This document shows positions 26,801-38,200 of a stretch of 64,000 bases of DNA, piece by piece. The stretch lies in the NCBI GenBank assembly GCA_002633005.1, contig NMRA01000495.1, forward strand, positions 185,692 through 249,691. Reading direction: 5' to 3'. The notes under the pieces were generated by a model. It searched no databases. It was not told the DNA's origin and saw nothing but the letters and a program-made list of their open reading frames with translations. Origin of the DNA: Phoronis australis (taxonomy: Eukaryota > Animalia > Phoronida). The position numbers and the translations under genes were made by a program. Numbering within the stretch: position 1 is the stretch's first letter; each line of letters opens with the position of its first letter.

Positions 26801-29800
26801 CACAGCTAACTGACTTGCCACTAAATCAATATTTAAACTGCTGACACTCGCCATTGTGTGAAATGGGATGTCCCAAAGGAATAGCCACATTACCAACGAA
26901 TATAACTTAAATGCAATACATCACTCAACGAGGAGACAAGCAGATAATAACATAACACGTCTTCGGTAACCTTTGACAACAGTGGCTCCACTTCAAAACA
27001 TAGTTCAACATGGTGATGTTCACCCCACCTACCGTAGTTAACCGTTCGCTTGTCTTGTCCAGTGTAGTGGCTGAAGCTTTAAACTGGCAGTTATTTCCAC
27101 TGGTGCCAGCTGGACACGTGCACATATAGTAGGCTACGGTGATCCTGTCACGACGACTGAACGCTTCACACGAACCGCCATTCAGACATGGTTGACTGTG
27201 GCAGGAGTCGACTGAAAAAGATGCAAAGCTAGATAGCGTTTGAGGTGCACAGACTTCCAAAATTAATGGTGTGTAATAACAAGTGTCAGCTGGGCGGAGC
27301 CTAAACGCAATTACTACCTATAATGATAAGAATAATGACCAGTATTCCATAAGAGGTCAGTGACCACTCGCCACTATGGCAAAAGAAACACTTCATTCAC
27401 AATTACCATATAAATATTAAAGAAGCATTTAAATGATAAAAATGGACTCGAAACACTTCCTTATATTCGGTTTCTGCCAATAGGAATGTCCACTTTCCGA
27501 TATAGCAGGGACGTGATGAAATATGCCTCGTCGCAGGACAGCACTTTGGAAACTGTGTCAAGCATTTAAGGATTCAGTTTTAAGGTAAACAATTATCATT
27601 AATAATTTACTAAAGACCATTTTCTAAGTGTATAAAATGATAGTCATTTGGCTATGGGAGAAATCATGAATGCAATGTCTTGCCAAAATAAACAGAATTT
27701 TTAAGTATTTTAAAACAATCTATGAGATTTTCAGAACAAGCAAACCGTTACCGAAAATACACACATAGCCATACTTCTTGAAAATTTTCAGAAAATAAGT
27801 TCATCGGCATACTTTTGGTTGACCCTATTTTGGGAAATTACCGGTGCTGCAGTAATTTTAAAAATTTGACAGTGAATAAGAAGGAAACGTCAACTTAAAT
27901 TCTTACCAGGCTGAAGTCCCATGACACTGTTACATGTAGCGTTAGACTCATCTGAGCCTCCAGGGCAGTCAACCTTACCATCACACACCCAGTCACACAT
28001 TGTGCAATCAGTGACAACAGGGTGACCACAGGACATCTGGCAGATGAACGAGTTGTCTGGACATCCATCCATAACTAGTGGAAGATAAGAGATCTATTTC
28101 TAGACACTATTAAATTGGTAAAAAATGAAGTTAAAACTTTTTATTTATGCCATTTATCATGGTCTTATCTTGCTCCTTGCCGAGTCAAGAAAAACTGATC
28201 TCTGAGCTCCAGAAGAACTGTCAGTTTGTTATTTTTTTTAGATCAAGGTAACAAAATTTTACGAGCTTGGTCTAAGGAAATAACAGACTACAAGTTCTTT
28301 GCAAGACCAAAACCATTTCTCATCTGAGTAAGGAACAAGTTGAGACCAATTTTGTAGTGGTAAGTGGTCTAAAACAGGTTTATTGCTGTTTCAAGTACTT
28401 CTAAAACAGACCGTAACTGAATTGGTTTCCTTTAACCACACCAATAGCAGTGAGTCAGGATAATTCAACTATGGGACACAATAGACACCATGTACTATAC
28501 AATTCCAATCATAGTGATATATTATTACATAAATTATTACATACATTGACACTACAAATTAACCAATGGAGACTACAAGTAAGCACCTTGACTACAGTTA
28601 ATTGTAACCAATGGAGACTACAAGTAAGTACCTTGACTACAGTTAATTGTAACCAATGGAGACTACAAGTAAGCACCTTGACTACAGTTAATTGTAACCA
28701 ATGGAGACTACAAGTAAGCACCTTGACTACAGTTAATTGTAACCAATGGAGACTACAAGTAAGCACCTTGACTACAGTTAATTGTAATTAGCACAGATAA
28801 AACAGTGATATTACATAAGACTGTTGATGTCAGAGCGAGACCAATTAAAAAAGTAATGCTAAATTGGTAGTTAGCTGTTTGGCTCATCACTCCATCATGG
28901 GAGCTCATTGTGAACTGTTGGACGATACCTCTCATATAAACTATAAGTGAAGAAGGGAGTAAAACGTATGTAGAAACTTTTGCTGCGACCGAGACTTGAA
29001 TCGGCGTTGACCGTGCGATACTAGTAACCGAGCATCCAAACCATTCATTCAAGAGGCAACTGCCACTTGACAAATAATTTAGGGAGGCTTTTTATTGCTG
29101 TACATCACACTCGGAAGTCACTTGTCATAACACGTAATTATGCCATTATATTGGAATATAGATGTGTCGCAAGTGTAGCAAGGTTCCCAATCTCGCCATT
29201 ACAAGACACTCGCATTAACCTGCTGCTTGACATTTGATCAGGGTCTGACAGTGAATGACCCCGATCAAAGGTCAAACAGCAGCCTGTTACAGTGATCTAC
29301 ACGTGCCACATACTAGTAGTATCAAGATTGCAAACCTCACCCGATCCAGCGCATCTATATCTATGAGTAACGGTGTATGTATTTCTCCCTCCCATCTTTA
29401 CTATACAAGAGCAATGTTCTAACAGATAATTCAAATATAACTATATCAATTGAAATCTTATCTTCCTCTCAAAGCTCTCAAGTTAATATGTAATTCCCTT
29501 GGCCTCATTCACTTAAACTACGGCATTGCAACTTGGGGTTTTAGCAACACTAAGAAACTCCAGACAGTCCAGAAGAGAATCCTTAAGAATATATCAAATT
29601 CACACTCTGCCCACACGTAAGGAACTTCACCTCCCTCTACTTCAAGACATCTTTAAAATCTCACAACAAAATTTACTTCAGCTTCCTAAGTATTTTTACG
29701 CTAACAAAAACTTCTGTAGTAACCCCATCCAATATAAACCAACCAGACACATTAAAACTCCTACATACCAAAATCAATACTTAGCTGCTATTCCGACAAT

Positions 29801-30526
29801 ACAACCCAAAATTTTAATTCCCCCGTCCAACAAATTGTCATCAAGAGCCTATATCAGATTTGAAATTCCTCACCTTTTAAACAACAACGAAATATCAGTC
29901 TCTGCTTTAAATATAATAAAAACACACTCTTTGCAAGCATTTTCCAGGTCCTTAACCAATTTTGTAATTAGCAACTATGATCCAATCTGTCATATTTCCA
30001 ATTGCTTCACATGTAACAGTATCTACCGTAAATGCGTTCACAGTGCCAGTCTATTGCTTGGTTCCTGGCGTGTGGGCCATTTTCAGCGCTAATTCACTTT
30101 CTGTTCTTAAGTATATCTCATAATTCTGTATTTTCCACTTTTGGGTTATTCACTTATTCCTACTGATTATTATATTTACTTATTTTTGCATAGGGGACCT
30201 TCTTACTGGCGGTCGAAAACCTTTAGAAGGCCTCCCAATTTAAATCACATTTATCTAATCATTGAATTGTCTTAATGTAAAAAAGTGTTTCTTTCTCTCT
30301 CTCTCTCCCTCTCTCTAACAATTAAGCTCCCAAACGTTGCAATGAACTCAATGAGACACTGGCCGTGGACTGAGTTGAAACAACGATCAAATTACTTACA
30401 CTGACATTTAACGACCGCGATGTGTATAACTGTAGCGTACAGAAGTACGGATACAGAAAACAAAATGAGACTATGAGTGTGACAATGTTTTGAATATGGC
30501 GCTTCTTGGGCTCCAAATAACGTCAT
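8804..30526 (-). CDS. Multi-exon secreted/cell-surface protein: signal peptide - LDLa - EGF - Ser/Thr-rich mucin-like region - tandem (Ca-binding) EGF repeats, Notch/fibropellin-like; 3' end lies outside the window
   Basis: Phase-consistent GT-AG exons on the minus strand: 30526-30400 (MTLFGAQEAP...SLILFSVSVLLYATVIHIAVVKCQ, signal peptide); 28074-27907 (LDLa, CDWVCDGKVDCPGGSDE); 27211-27033 (EGF); 26452-~26315 (Thr-rich, donor uncertain); 24513-24361 (Thr/Ser-rich); 19996-19870 (CDPSPCLNGVC..YHCSCKP); 18587-18511; 17386-17227 ([25 protein letters not shown]); 12819-12670 ([25 protein letters not shown]); 8947-8804 (DPCLNYGVC..CYCLPGYTGDICQENIDDC). EGF modules read continuously across the splice junctions. 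Confidence 0.85.
12140..12268 (-). mobile_element. THAP-domain N-terminal remnant of a DNA transposon
   Basis: MPLCVVCGCSNVSGNGIHLHNFPTDHVVCRAWNRSV shows the C-x4-C ... FP ... W THAP pattern; it is truncated. Matching termini were not established. Confidence 0.6.
14287..14312 (+). promoter_or_regulatory. Putative core promoter of the nested CaaX gene (CRE half-site ACGTCA plus TATA box)
   Basis: CACGTCAT followed by CTATAAAAG, about 100 bp upstream of a splice donor at 14410. Confidence 0.35.
14629..14787. mobile_element. TA-flanked MITE (Tc1/mariner-pogo type)
   Basis: TA|CCGTAATCGTTCGGGTTAACGCCC ... GGGCGTTAACCCGAACGATTACGG|TA, with internal TTAACCGCCC repeats. Confidence 0.75.
15323..15910 (+). 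CDS. Nested ~195-aa protein with a single coding exon and a C-terminal CaaX box (KMCCIL); function unknown
   Basis: ORF from ATG 15323 to TGA 15910, ending CCIL. Upstream are TATAAAA 14306-14312, donor AG|GTAATG at 14409/14410 and acceptor TTCTAG at 15278; downstream AATAAA at ~16092. It lies antisense in the 12820-17226 intron of the EGF gene. Confidence 0.65.
   Translation: MSTDNVSVLNFRTESKMTSPVMSPVSFDYSNFVAIADDRLWDESAQSIGFVRDETPYPKERKTSNETGIVLSRERKISDISGLAIAEAVKNTQADHVRKAWEDIFPVTDAKRGKVQRMSVICTSHNGNRHQTADYMRETKPGVKVHVSNRTKISMASRDKGERSKTVTFSQNLTTAYSYPFQQDSQKRTKMCCIL
16140..16778 (+). mobile_element. Helentron/HINE-like dispersed repeat (same family as 24680-26241)
   Basis: Units containing CACTAGRGGGC and AAATTTCACAAAGATC, a GAC(A/G)-like microsatellite remnant and a degenerate terminal hairpin. 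Confidence 0.45.
17671..17712 (+). mobile_element. Tiny LINE reverse-transcriptase fragment
   Basis: Translates AVLMDLSKAFDII, the DLSKAFD RT motif of CR1/L2-group elements. Confidence 0.5.
17842..18201. mobile_element. 360-bp TTAA-flanked MITE (Kolobok-like)
   Basis: TTAA|GGTTACACGTA ... TACGCATAACC|TTAA, a 9/11 TIR match. Confidence 0.55.
20670..20950. repeat. Degenerate ~67-85-bp tandem repeat
   Basis: ATAAGCGCATTAGGCAGGTAT...TAGCGCAAATAGTCAACTT..CAGCAGTCACTA recurs about four times. Confidence 0.6.
24680..26241 (+). repeat. Degenerate ~140-160-bp tandem array inside a Helentron/HINE-like element
   Basis: CACTAGG-type core recurs near 24686, 24834, 25038, 25191, 25332, 25492, 25622, 25761, 25921 and 26043. 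The region ends with hairpin TATGCACCTGCAT-AAAAAT-ATGCGGGTGCATA at ~26208-26239. Confidence 0.6.
28561..28787. repeat. 45-bp minisatellite, 5 copies
   Basis: Unit AACCAATGGAGACTACAAGTAAGCACCTTGACTACAGTTAATTGT starts at 28561, 28606, 28651, 28696 and 28741. Confidence 0.95.
29380..30316 (+). mobile_element. 5'-truncated LINE 3' end (L2/Crack/Daphne-like) with (CT)n tail
   Basis: ORF 29526..30092 contains KTHSLQAFSRSLTNFVISNYDPICHISNCFTC, a cysteine-rich LINE ORF2 terminus, followed by an AT-rich 3' UTR and (CT)n. Related tails lie at 32731-32837 and 32838-33167. Confidence 0.55.
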
Positions 30527-31660
30527 TGTTCCGTAATTTTAACACTTATTAACCGTCACACAAGATAGTTATTATGAGCCTTCTTGCGGCTAGACGGGTT
30601 GAAGCAGACCACATAGCCAACAAACGCGATTTTTGCCGTTCAACTTCGTCAGCATCGTCAAAAGTTTACATCGCGACTTCTCCATTCAGCTGTTCGGTTG
30701 CGCATCGGTTGCTGCCGAAGTAAATGCAGCGCTCCCTGTCGCTCGGATGAGGTCATCGGTTTCCAGGTGTGTCAAAAATGAATAAAGTGCTATAACCCTA
30801 GAATATTCTCATATAACAAAAAAAAATAGAAATACGTCAAAATACTGCAATAATCTGGTTCAATTTTGACTTTTCTTCAATTTGTCTTGACGTTACATCG
30901 CAAAGGTCGAACCGAAACCTTTTATTTTGTGTTCAGAGCGACACACTTTGGTCACGCTTCAAGGTAAAGTGTTGGAGGCTGGTCTCCGAACAAGTGAAAT
31001 GAAGGTTTGTACTTCATGGTCGACACAATGTTTGGAAGTCCTTGATTTAGTTTACCAGTTTCATCCACTGAATAACATGTGTTGAGCCGCGTAGATGTTT
31101 CTAGGGTTTTATCATTTCGCAGAGACGTGCAGTAGCCAGCTAGCTGTAACCCCTCACCCTCGGTTGGCCGGTTAGGCCAGGGGCTTACAGCCGCTTACAT
31201 GTTACACTGTTCCCATCGCTTTCTTAACGAATTTCGTTCTGTGTATTTTAAACGGGGAAAATTAGGTCACTGATTAAGAGTTTTTACCTCGTCAAAAATA
31301 CATTCCATACTTAAAACTATCACTTAGAAAGGCGCTTACTTTCTTTTCTGAAGTCTTCAGTGTTCCTTTCTACTACTTCCACATATGATCATATCTTCGT
31401 TTGACGAAGCTTAGTTACGAGAATTAAGGTGACTTTGGTGAAGAATTCCAACTCCACTTTTTTGGTCACCGATAATCACAGAGTATTTCAACTGAGGCAC
31501 TGAGTTAGGCAAAGTCTAGTGCGAGACTGAGCGAAGGGCGTGATGCTAGCGCGTGACACTTGCAAAACAGCATGGGAAGGTATCAAGTGAAATTCGTAAG
31601 ATTGGTGTCCCGTGGAGTTTTTATTTCTCAGCGTGCGTGATTTCATATAACTTCCTCAAA

Positions 31661-32138
31661 ATGGCAACTGGTAGGAGAAACTCGAGCAAACCGCGACAGG
31701 TTTTCATCGATTTGTTCAAATTATCTTGACTGAATCATCTCCAGACTTATGGCATGTGTTAATTATAACTCCATGTGCATATGTGCATATATGCATGTTT
31801 CATTTGCTTTTATTTCTTGTATTTTGAAATTCGTAACATTTTGTGGGGATGTACTATCACCCCTGTATGCCTGCTGCTTACAGTCAGCAGTGAAAGCTTT
31901 GCAGTTATGCACCCATCACAAACCTTTTCTATTTGCAGGCTGCAAGGATGCTTCATCTTGCACTGTGTCAACTCAAGCAATGTCAGTTGATGACTCGGAT
32001 TACAACATGTTCAGTGCCTGGACAGCTCTGTTCACAGTTCAACAGACACATGAGTAAAGCAGCTGAGGACGTCGGCAAGGAGCTGAACGACAACCCGTTC
32101 CTCGATAAATACCTGTCCAAGATACAAAGTCTTAAAGA
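31661..32138 (+). other. ATPAF1: Duplicate 5' exons of ATPAF1 (probably allelic, truncated at the N at 32730)
   Basis: 31661-31699 and 31939-32138 are near-identical to 35220-35258 and 35487-35686. Confidence 0.65.
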
Positions 32139-33320
32139 GTGCGTTTAGCCATGGGTTATTGTACATGAACCACCGATTCTGTGTGTTCTCAATGCACGAG
32201 ATCTGTGATGTTGCAGACAAACCACAACATCTGTACTACTGGTGCCACCTGCTCAGTTAGCTAGAACTGATAATTTTTGTTGCGTCGTTAGAGCTTGAAA
32301 TTTACAATTTCATTTCCCGAGCTATTGCCAAAAATATTCACGATAAAATGAATTACTGTACGATCTATATAATGCAGCATAGTTTTTGCAATTTTATAAA
32401 AATACCAACTGATAATGGAACCACAGTGAGGCGGCATTGGCACATATCATTGAACTCATTTTGGCTAGAGCTGATGGACTATTTTATTAGTGACGGATTT
32501 TATGACTTAGAATTCACACGTGAATTCTTGGCACCCTGGCAGGTAGTCTACACACTGTTGTGGTTTCAGCCAGGTGTTCAGGTTCAAGTAAATGCAACAT
32601 CGCAAGGTCAGTTCTTTGCGCCCACGGTGTAGGGGTACATGTTGAAAGATTCAAGTGCAGTATTTGGGTGAATAGTTTGGTCCAAACTTTCTGGACGTGC
32701 TTCATTTTTGTGCAAGTTATGTGCCTAGCNATTACCTTTAGAAGGCCTCCTAATTGAAATCAAATTTTAATCTATGTATTATTATTATGTACTGTAAATA
32801 AAAGCGTTTTCTCTCTCTCTCTCTCTCTTCTCTCTCTCATATTTCCAATTGCTTCACATGTAACAGTATCTACATGCGTTCACAGTGCCAGTCTATTTCT
32901 TGGTTCCTGGCGTGTGGGCCATTTTCAGCACTAATTCACTTTCTGTTCTTAAGTATATCTCATAATTCTGTATTTTCCTCTTTTGTGTTATTCACTTATT
33001 CCTACTGATTTTTATTTATATTCTACTTATTTATTTTTGTATAGGGGACCTTCTTAATGGCGGTCGAAAACCTTAAGAAGGCCTCCCAATTTAAATCGCA
33101 TTTATCTAATCATTGTATTATGTCTTAATGTAAATAAAAGTGTTTCTTTCTCTCTCTCTCTCCCTCTAACAATTAAGTTCCCAAACGCTGCAATGAACTC
33201 AATGAGACACTGGCCGTGGACAGTCGTGGACTGAGTTGAAACATAGCAGGTTTGATTGTGTCTTGATGCTGATCCTTAGGTATTAGTTTTCTGTGCAAAT
33301 ACAACGATCAAATTACTTAC

Positions 33321-33447
33321 ACTGACATTTAACGACCGCGATGGGTATGACTGTCGCGTACAGAAGTACGGATACAGAAAACAAAATGAGACTATGAGTG
33401 TGACAATGTTTTGAATATGGCGCTTCTTGGGCTCCAAATAACGTCAT
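33321..33447 (-). CDS. Second copy of the signal-peptide exon of the LDLa/EGF gene
   Basis: Near-identical to 30400-30526; ATG at 33447 and GTAAGT donor; lies inside duplicated block 32838-36274. Confidence 0.65.
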
Positions 33448-34056
33448 TGTTCCGTAATTTTAACACTTATTAAGCGTCACACAGGATAGTTATGATGAGC
33501 CTTCTTGCGGCTAGACGGGTTGAAGCAGACCACATAGCCAACAAACGCGATTTTTGCCGTTCAACTTCGTCAGCATCGTCAAAAGTTTACATCGCGACTT
33601 CTCCGTTCAGCTGTTCGGTTGCGCATCGGTTGCTGCCGAAGTAAATGCAGCGCTCCCTGTTGCTCGGATGAGGTCATCAGTTTCCAGGTGTGTCAAAAAT
33701 GAATAAAGCGCTATAACCCTGGAATATTATTATATAACAAAAAAAACTAGAAATGCGTCAAAATACTGCAATAATCTGGTTCAATTTTGACTTTTCTTCA
33801 ATTTGTGTTGACGTTACATCGCAAAGGTTGAACCGAAACCTATTATTTTGTGTTCAGAGCGACACACTTTGGTCACGCTTCAAGGTAAAGTGTTGGAGGC
33901 TGGTCTCCGAACAAGTGAAATGAAGGTTTGTACTTCATGGTCGACACAATTTTTGGAAGTCCTTGATTCAGTTTACCAGTTTCATCCACTGGATAACATG
34001 TGTTGAGCCGCGTAGATGTTTCTAGGGTTTTATCATTTCGCAGAGACATACAGTAG

Positions 34057-34689
34057 TGTAGTAATAGCCGAGATAACCCGACCCGGGGATCGAACCAGCG
34101 ACCCCCATAAAAAACCGGCAAGCGTGCTAACCATTCAGCTAATAGGCAATTGCCCGTTAGCGAGTAGCTAACAGAGGCTCATATAATGCACCGGAACCAA
34201 ATCTACAACATTCCCCCCTTTCCTACGGAACTGGCACGCGACAGGAAGGTAAACACCAGGATGTCTCGCATACAGGTCATCAACGTCCCTTGGTACCTTT
34301 ACCACCACAACACAGGTGAACACAAGGTCGTCTCTCATACAGGTCCTTGACTCCTGGAACCTTCCACGCATGCTGTCCCAAGGTCCGTGGGTACTAGTTG
34401 GCAGTGCTTCATCGGTAGATCATCCGTCCTGCCGACTAGGCCAAATGTTGTATTCCTACAGGTTCACTAGTTAGGCACAAGAGTACTTACTTTTATGAAG
34501 ATATAAGTCAGTCAGTTGACGCCAAGCGGAGCAACCATAGATGACTCGTCTTGCCGATTCTTGAAAAAAAACCATCCGACAGTGGCGCCAACGACTTATA
34601 TAGGAGACATACGGGGAACACACAAAAACAGACCAATCACAAGACGCCACAGGAAAAACAAAGGGCCAATGATGTTGCCGATTACAACA
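34057..34689 (-). mobile_element. 633-bp non-autonomous LTR/TRIM-like insertion with two dissimilar LTR-like ends, one tRNA-derived
   Basis: Absent from the duplicate copy (empty site near 31131-31135). TSD GTAG at 34053-34056 and 34690-34693. End A 34689-34446 (TGTTGTA...TACAACA), PBS 34443-34427, PPT 34223-34211, end B 34210-34057 (TGTTGTA...TACTACA) with A box TAGCTGAATGG and B box GGTTCGATCCC. Confidence 0.8.
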
Positions 34690-35219
34690 GTAGCTAGCCA
34701 GCTGTAGCCCCTCACCCTCGGTTGACCGGTTAGGGGCTTACAGCCGCTTACAGCAAGTTACACTACTTCCCATCGCTTTCTGTACGAATTTCGTTGTGCG
34801 TATTTTAAACGGGATGTAGGGAAAATTCGGTCACTGATTAAGAGTTTTTACCTCGTCAAAAATGCATTCCATTCTTAAAACTATCACTTAAAAAGGCGCT
34901 TACTTTCTTTTCTGAAGTCTTCAGTGTTCCTTTCTACTACATATGATCATATCGTTATTCGACGAAGCTTAGTTACGAGAATTAAGGTGACTTTGGTGAA
35001 GAATTCCAACTCCACTTTTTTGGTCAACGATAATCACAGAGTATTTCAACTAAGTCACGTGGGTTAGGCAAAGTCTAGTGCGAGACTGAGTGAAGGGCGT
35101 GATGCTAGCGCGCGACACTTGCAAAACAGCATGGGAAGGTATCAAGTGAAATTCGTAAGATTGGTGTCCCGTGTAGTTTTTATTTCTCAGCTTGCGTGAT
35201 TTCATGTAACTTCCTCAAA

Positions 35220-38200
35220 ATGGCAACTAGTAGGAGAAACTCTAGCAAACCGCGACAGGTTTTCATCAATTTGTTCAAATTATCTTGACTGAATCGTCTC
35301 TAGACTTATGGCATGTGTTAATTATAACTCCATGTGCATACATGCATGTTTCATTTGCTTTTATTTCTTGTATTTTGAAATTCGTAACATTTTGTGGGTA
35401 TGTACTGTCACCCCTGTATGCCTGCTGCTTACAGTCAGTGAAAGCTTTGCAGTTATGCACCCATCACAAACCTTTTCTGTTTGCAGACTGCGAGGATGCT
35501 TCATCTTGCACTGTGTCAACTCAAGCAATGCCAGTTGATGACTCGGATTACAACATGTTCAGTGCCTGGACAGCTCTGTTCACAGTTCAACAGACACATG
35601 AGTAAAGCAGCTGAGGACGTCGGCAAGGAGCTCAACGACAACCCATTCCTTGATAAATACCTGTCCAAGATACAAAGTCTTAAAGAGTATGTTTAACCAT
35701 AGGATATTGTACATGAACCGCCGATTCTGTGTGTTCTCAATGCATGAGATCTGTGATGTTGCAGACAAACCACATCTGTACTACTGGTGCCACCTGCTCA
35801 GTTAGCTAGAACTGATAATTTTTGTTGCGTCGTTAGAGCTTGAAATTTACAATTTCATTTCCCGAGCTATTGCCAAAAATATTCACGATAGAATGAATTA
35901 CTCTACGATCTATATAATGCAGCATAGTTTTTGCAATTTTATAAAAATACCAACTGATAATGGAACCACAGTGAGGCGGCATTGGCACATATCATTGAAC
36001 TCATTTTGGCTACAGCTGATGGACTATTTTATTAGTGACGGATTTTATGACTTAGAATTCACACGTGAATTCTTGGCACCCTGGCAGGTAGTCTACACAC
36101 TGTTGTGGTTTCAGCCAGGTGTTCAGGTTCAAGTAAATGCAACATCGCAAGGTCAGTTCTTTGCGCCCACGGTGTAGGGGTACATGTTGAAAGATTCAAG
36201 TGCAGTATTTGGGTGAATAGTTTGGTCCAAACTTTCTAGACGTGCTTCATTTTTGTGCAAGTTATGTGCCTAGCTGACTCCTATAAAATGCCACTACATG
36301 ACCAATGTGCTATTGCAACAGTTTTGGAAGTTAACTCAGTTGTCTTTTGTGATACCCTGATATTTGTTTGTATGAACGACATTGTTAATAATTTGGTCCA
36401 CAAGTGTAATACACAGTAGTTTAGGACACAGTATGGCAGAACATTGAAATTTGGTTTTATAAAAATGCCTAAGAAAAATAAAGAAACTAGAAGAAAACTT
36501 AACGTCACAATTTGCCTTGGTAATGTTGTACTTCTGTCATCAGCAAACACGCACGGTGAAACTTTGAGCATTTTTCACTTTGAAAAATGGAATTATATTA
36601 CTATGTTAGGAATCATTTTTGTGGAAACTTCACTGTGACAATGTAATCTTATGGTGCAACAGGCATGTATTGTAATGGCGCGGATCCTGGTGTTGGTTTT
36701 ATAATCATTTCTCTTGCAAGTGTATAATGTGTCCCAAATTCTTTTGTAGGACTTCACCTGAGGAGTATAACACCAAGTTGGAAGAGTTAAATAAAGCAAA
36801 GACAAAGTACAGGTCTGAAGATGAAGGGGATGTGAAACAGAATAAACCCAAAGCTGCGATGACTACCAAGTCAGTTGATGTCTCAAGTCAACCAACCCCT
36901 GTCAAGCCAAAGGTGACTTACTCGAGCATTTTGTTGAAGTTCCTTTAAGACCTGTGCATGGAGAAATCTTCACTTATGGCGTGGAGACGGCAAATTCCAG
37001 CGCATAATTAAACATTCTGACAACCCATTTCTGTAGCAGCTATTTTGCTAGGGTACGCTTGTAAGCTTCTGAAGATACTTGTGAAACTCGCGCTTTCTTT
37101 GGTCTGGTCTTGCGTGATTCTGCTTTTTGACGAGTTTCCCGCTCTCATCAATTTTTGTTGTCAGAATGCATTTTTTAATTAGACCACTTTCTGCAATGAA
37201 GTTCTACCTTACTTTGATCAGATTTCTTAGTGATTGCTGGGCATGAGGAGACAGGAAAATTGTTGTTTAAGACTGAGCTCTATTAGTTGTAATGCTCACC
37301 ATATAATTTAATATGTGCCAAAATTTGTTTATCGGTGCATTAATCAATTTATTGCAGAGTGCGTATATGCTTTGACTTTTTTTTTGTTAAAAAGTAATTC
37401 TGGTGATGAGGAAACAAACTGGCTGGTTGCATAAATGACCCCCGCGTGGACAGCATATTTATCGGGCTAAACGCTAGCATTTTCAACATTGATGTGAACT
37501 AGGCATAAGACTTTAGTACATAAACCCTGTTGAATGTTGGAACTTGAAAAGTTGCGTACCGTCACATGGGAACTGATATCCTGCCTTCCACTGATTGCTA
37601 TTTGTCATTTCGTTTATATTTTTCTTTGTCCCATTCAGTGTTCGAAATGTTTCTTTACAGAGTTTAGACGATGTTTTAAAGTTAGACATGATAAAAGACA
37701 AGTCTCGTAATGAAATTGAACAGGTAAGACAATGTTTGCCTGCTGGTTGGTTTCACGTTGAAGCGCAAATTTTCTGAGTGGTTTTCTATGTTTTTCATTT
37801 TATTTGATAGCTTGTTTATTTTTCTATAAAGTATAACATTTCCTTACAACACGATCAACTACAGCTGGCATAGAAGTCACGGCAATGTCGTTTATTCATG
37901 ATTTCAAACTGGCTTGCAGTTCAATAGGACCTGTCACTCTTGAGATTTTTGCAGCAAAAAAATCTTGGCTGATGCAGCAGAAGTAGCGACCGTCCTGTGT
38001 GTTTACCTAAGTCATTTTTTCCCATTATTCAACATGCTAGTTTAGCTGTTCCGTGGCGGCCATTTTGGAATTAAAGTCGCAAGCTCACTCCCAAGATGCT
38101 AGTGAGATCTTGCGTCACACCAGCGTGATGTTGCAAGGCATTGCCCTTTTTGCGCGGACACCTGCTGTGTTGCTGTATTGCTTTGGATGGCTACATGGTA

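Larger units (their letters stand above)
29991..36274. repeat. Tandem near-identical blocks 29991-32729 and 32838-36274 joined at a single N (probable uncollapsed haplotypes)
   Basis: The blocks are colinear with SNPs and indels; the second carries an extra 633-bp insertion and ~70 bp near 33240-33300. The join is the N at 32730. Confidence 0.85.

Noticed and set aside
28561-28787. Regular repeat resembling a CRISPR array, and the repetitive ORFs over it
   Set aside because: The units are head-to-tail and near-identical with no unique spacers and no cas genes; this is an intronic minisatellite in a eukaryote.
30322-30516. Track ORF MEPKKRHIQNIVTL as the first exon of the EGF gene
   Set aside because: It starts at TTG and does not fit the phase-1 junction; the ATG 30526 frame gives a signal peptide and the correct phase.
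31661-32729. A second ATPAF1 paralog or pseudogene
   Set aside because: Ends at an N join and is near-identical, introns included, to the complete copy; best explained as the other haplotype.
34070-34150. tRNA gene
   Set aside because: A and B boxes are present, but I cannot fold a convincing anticodon arm or acceptor stem, and it lies inside an LTR-like end; treated as tRNA-derived sequence.
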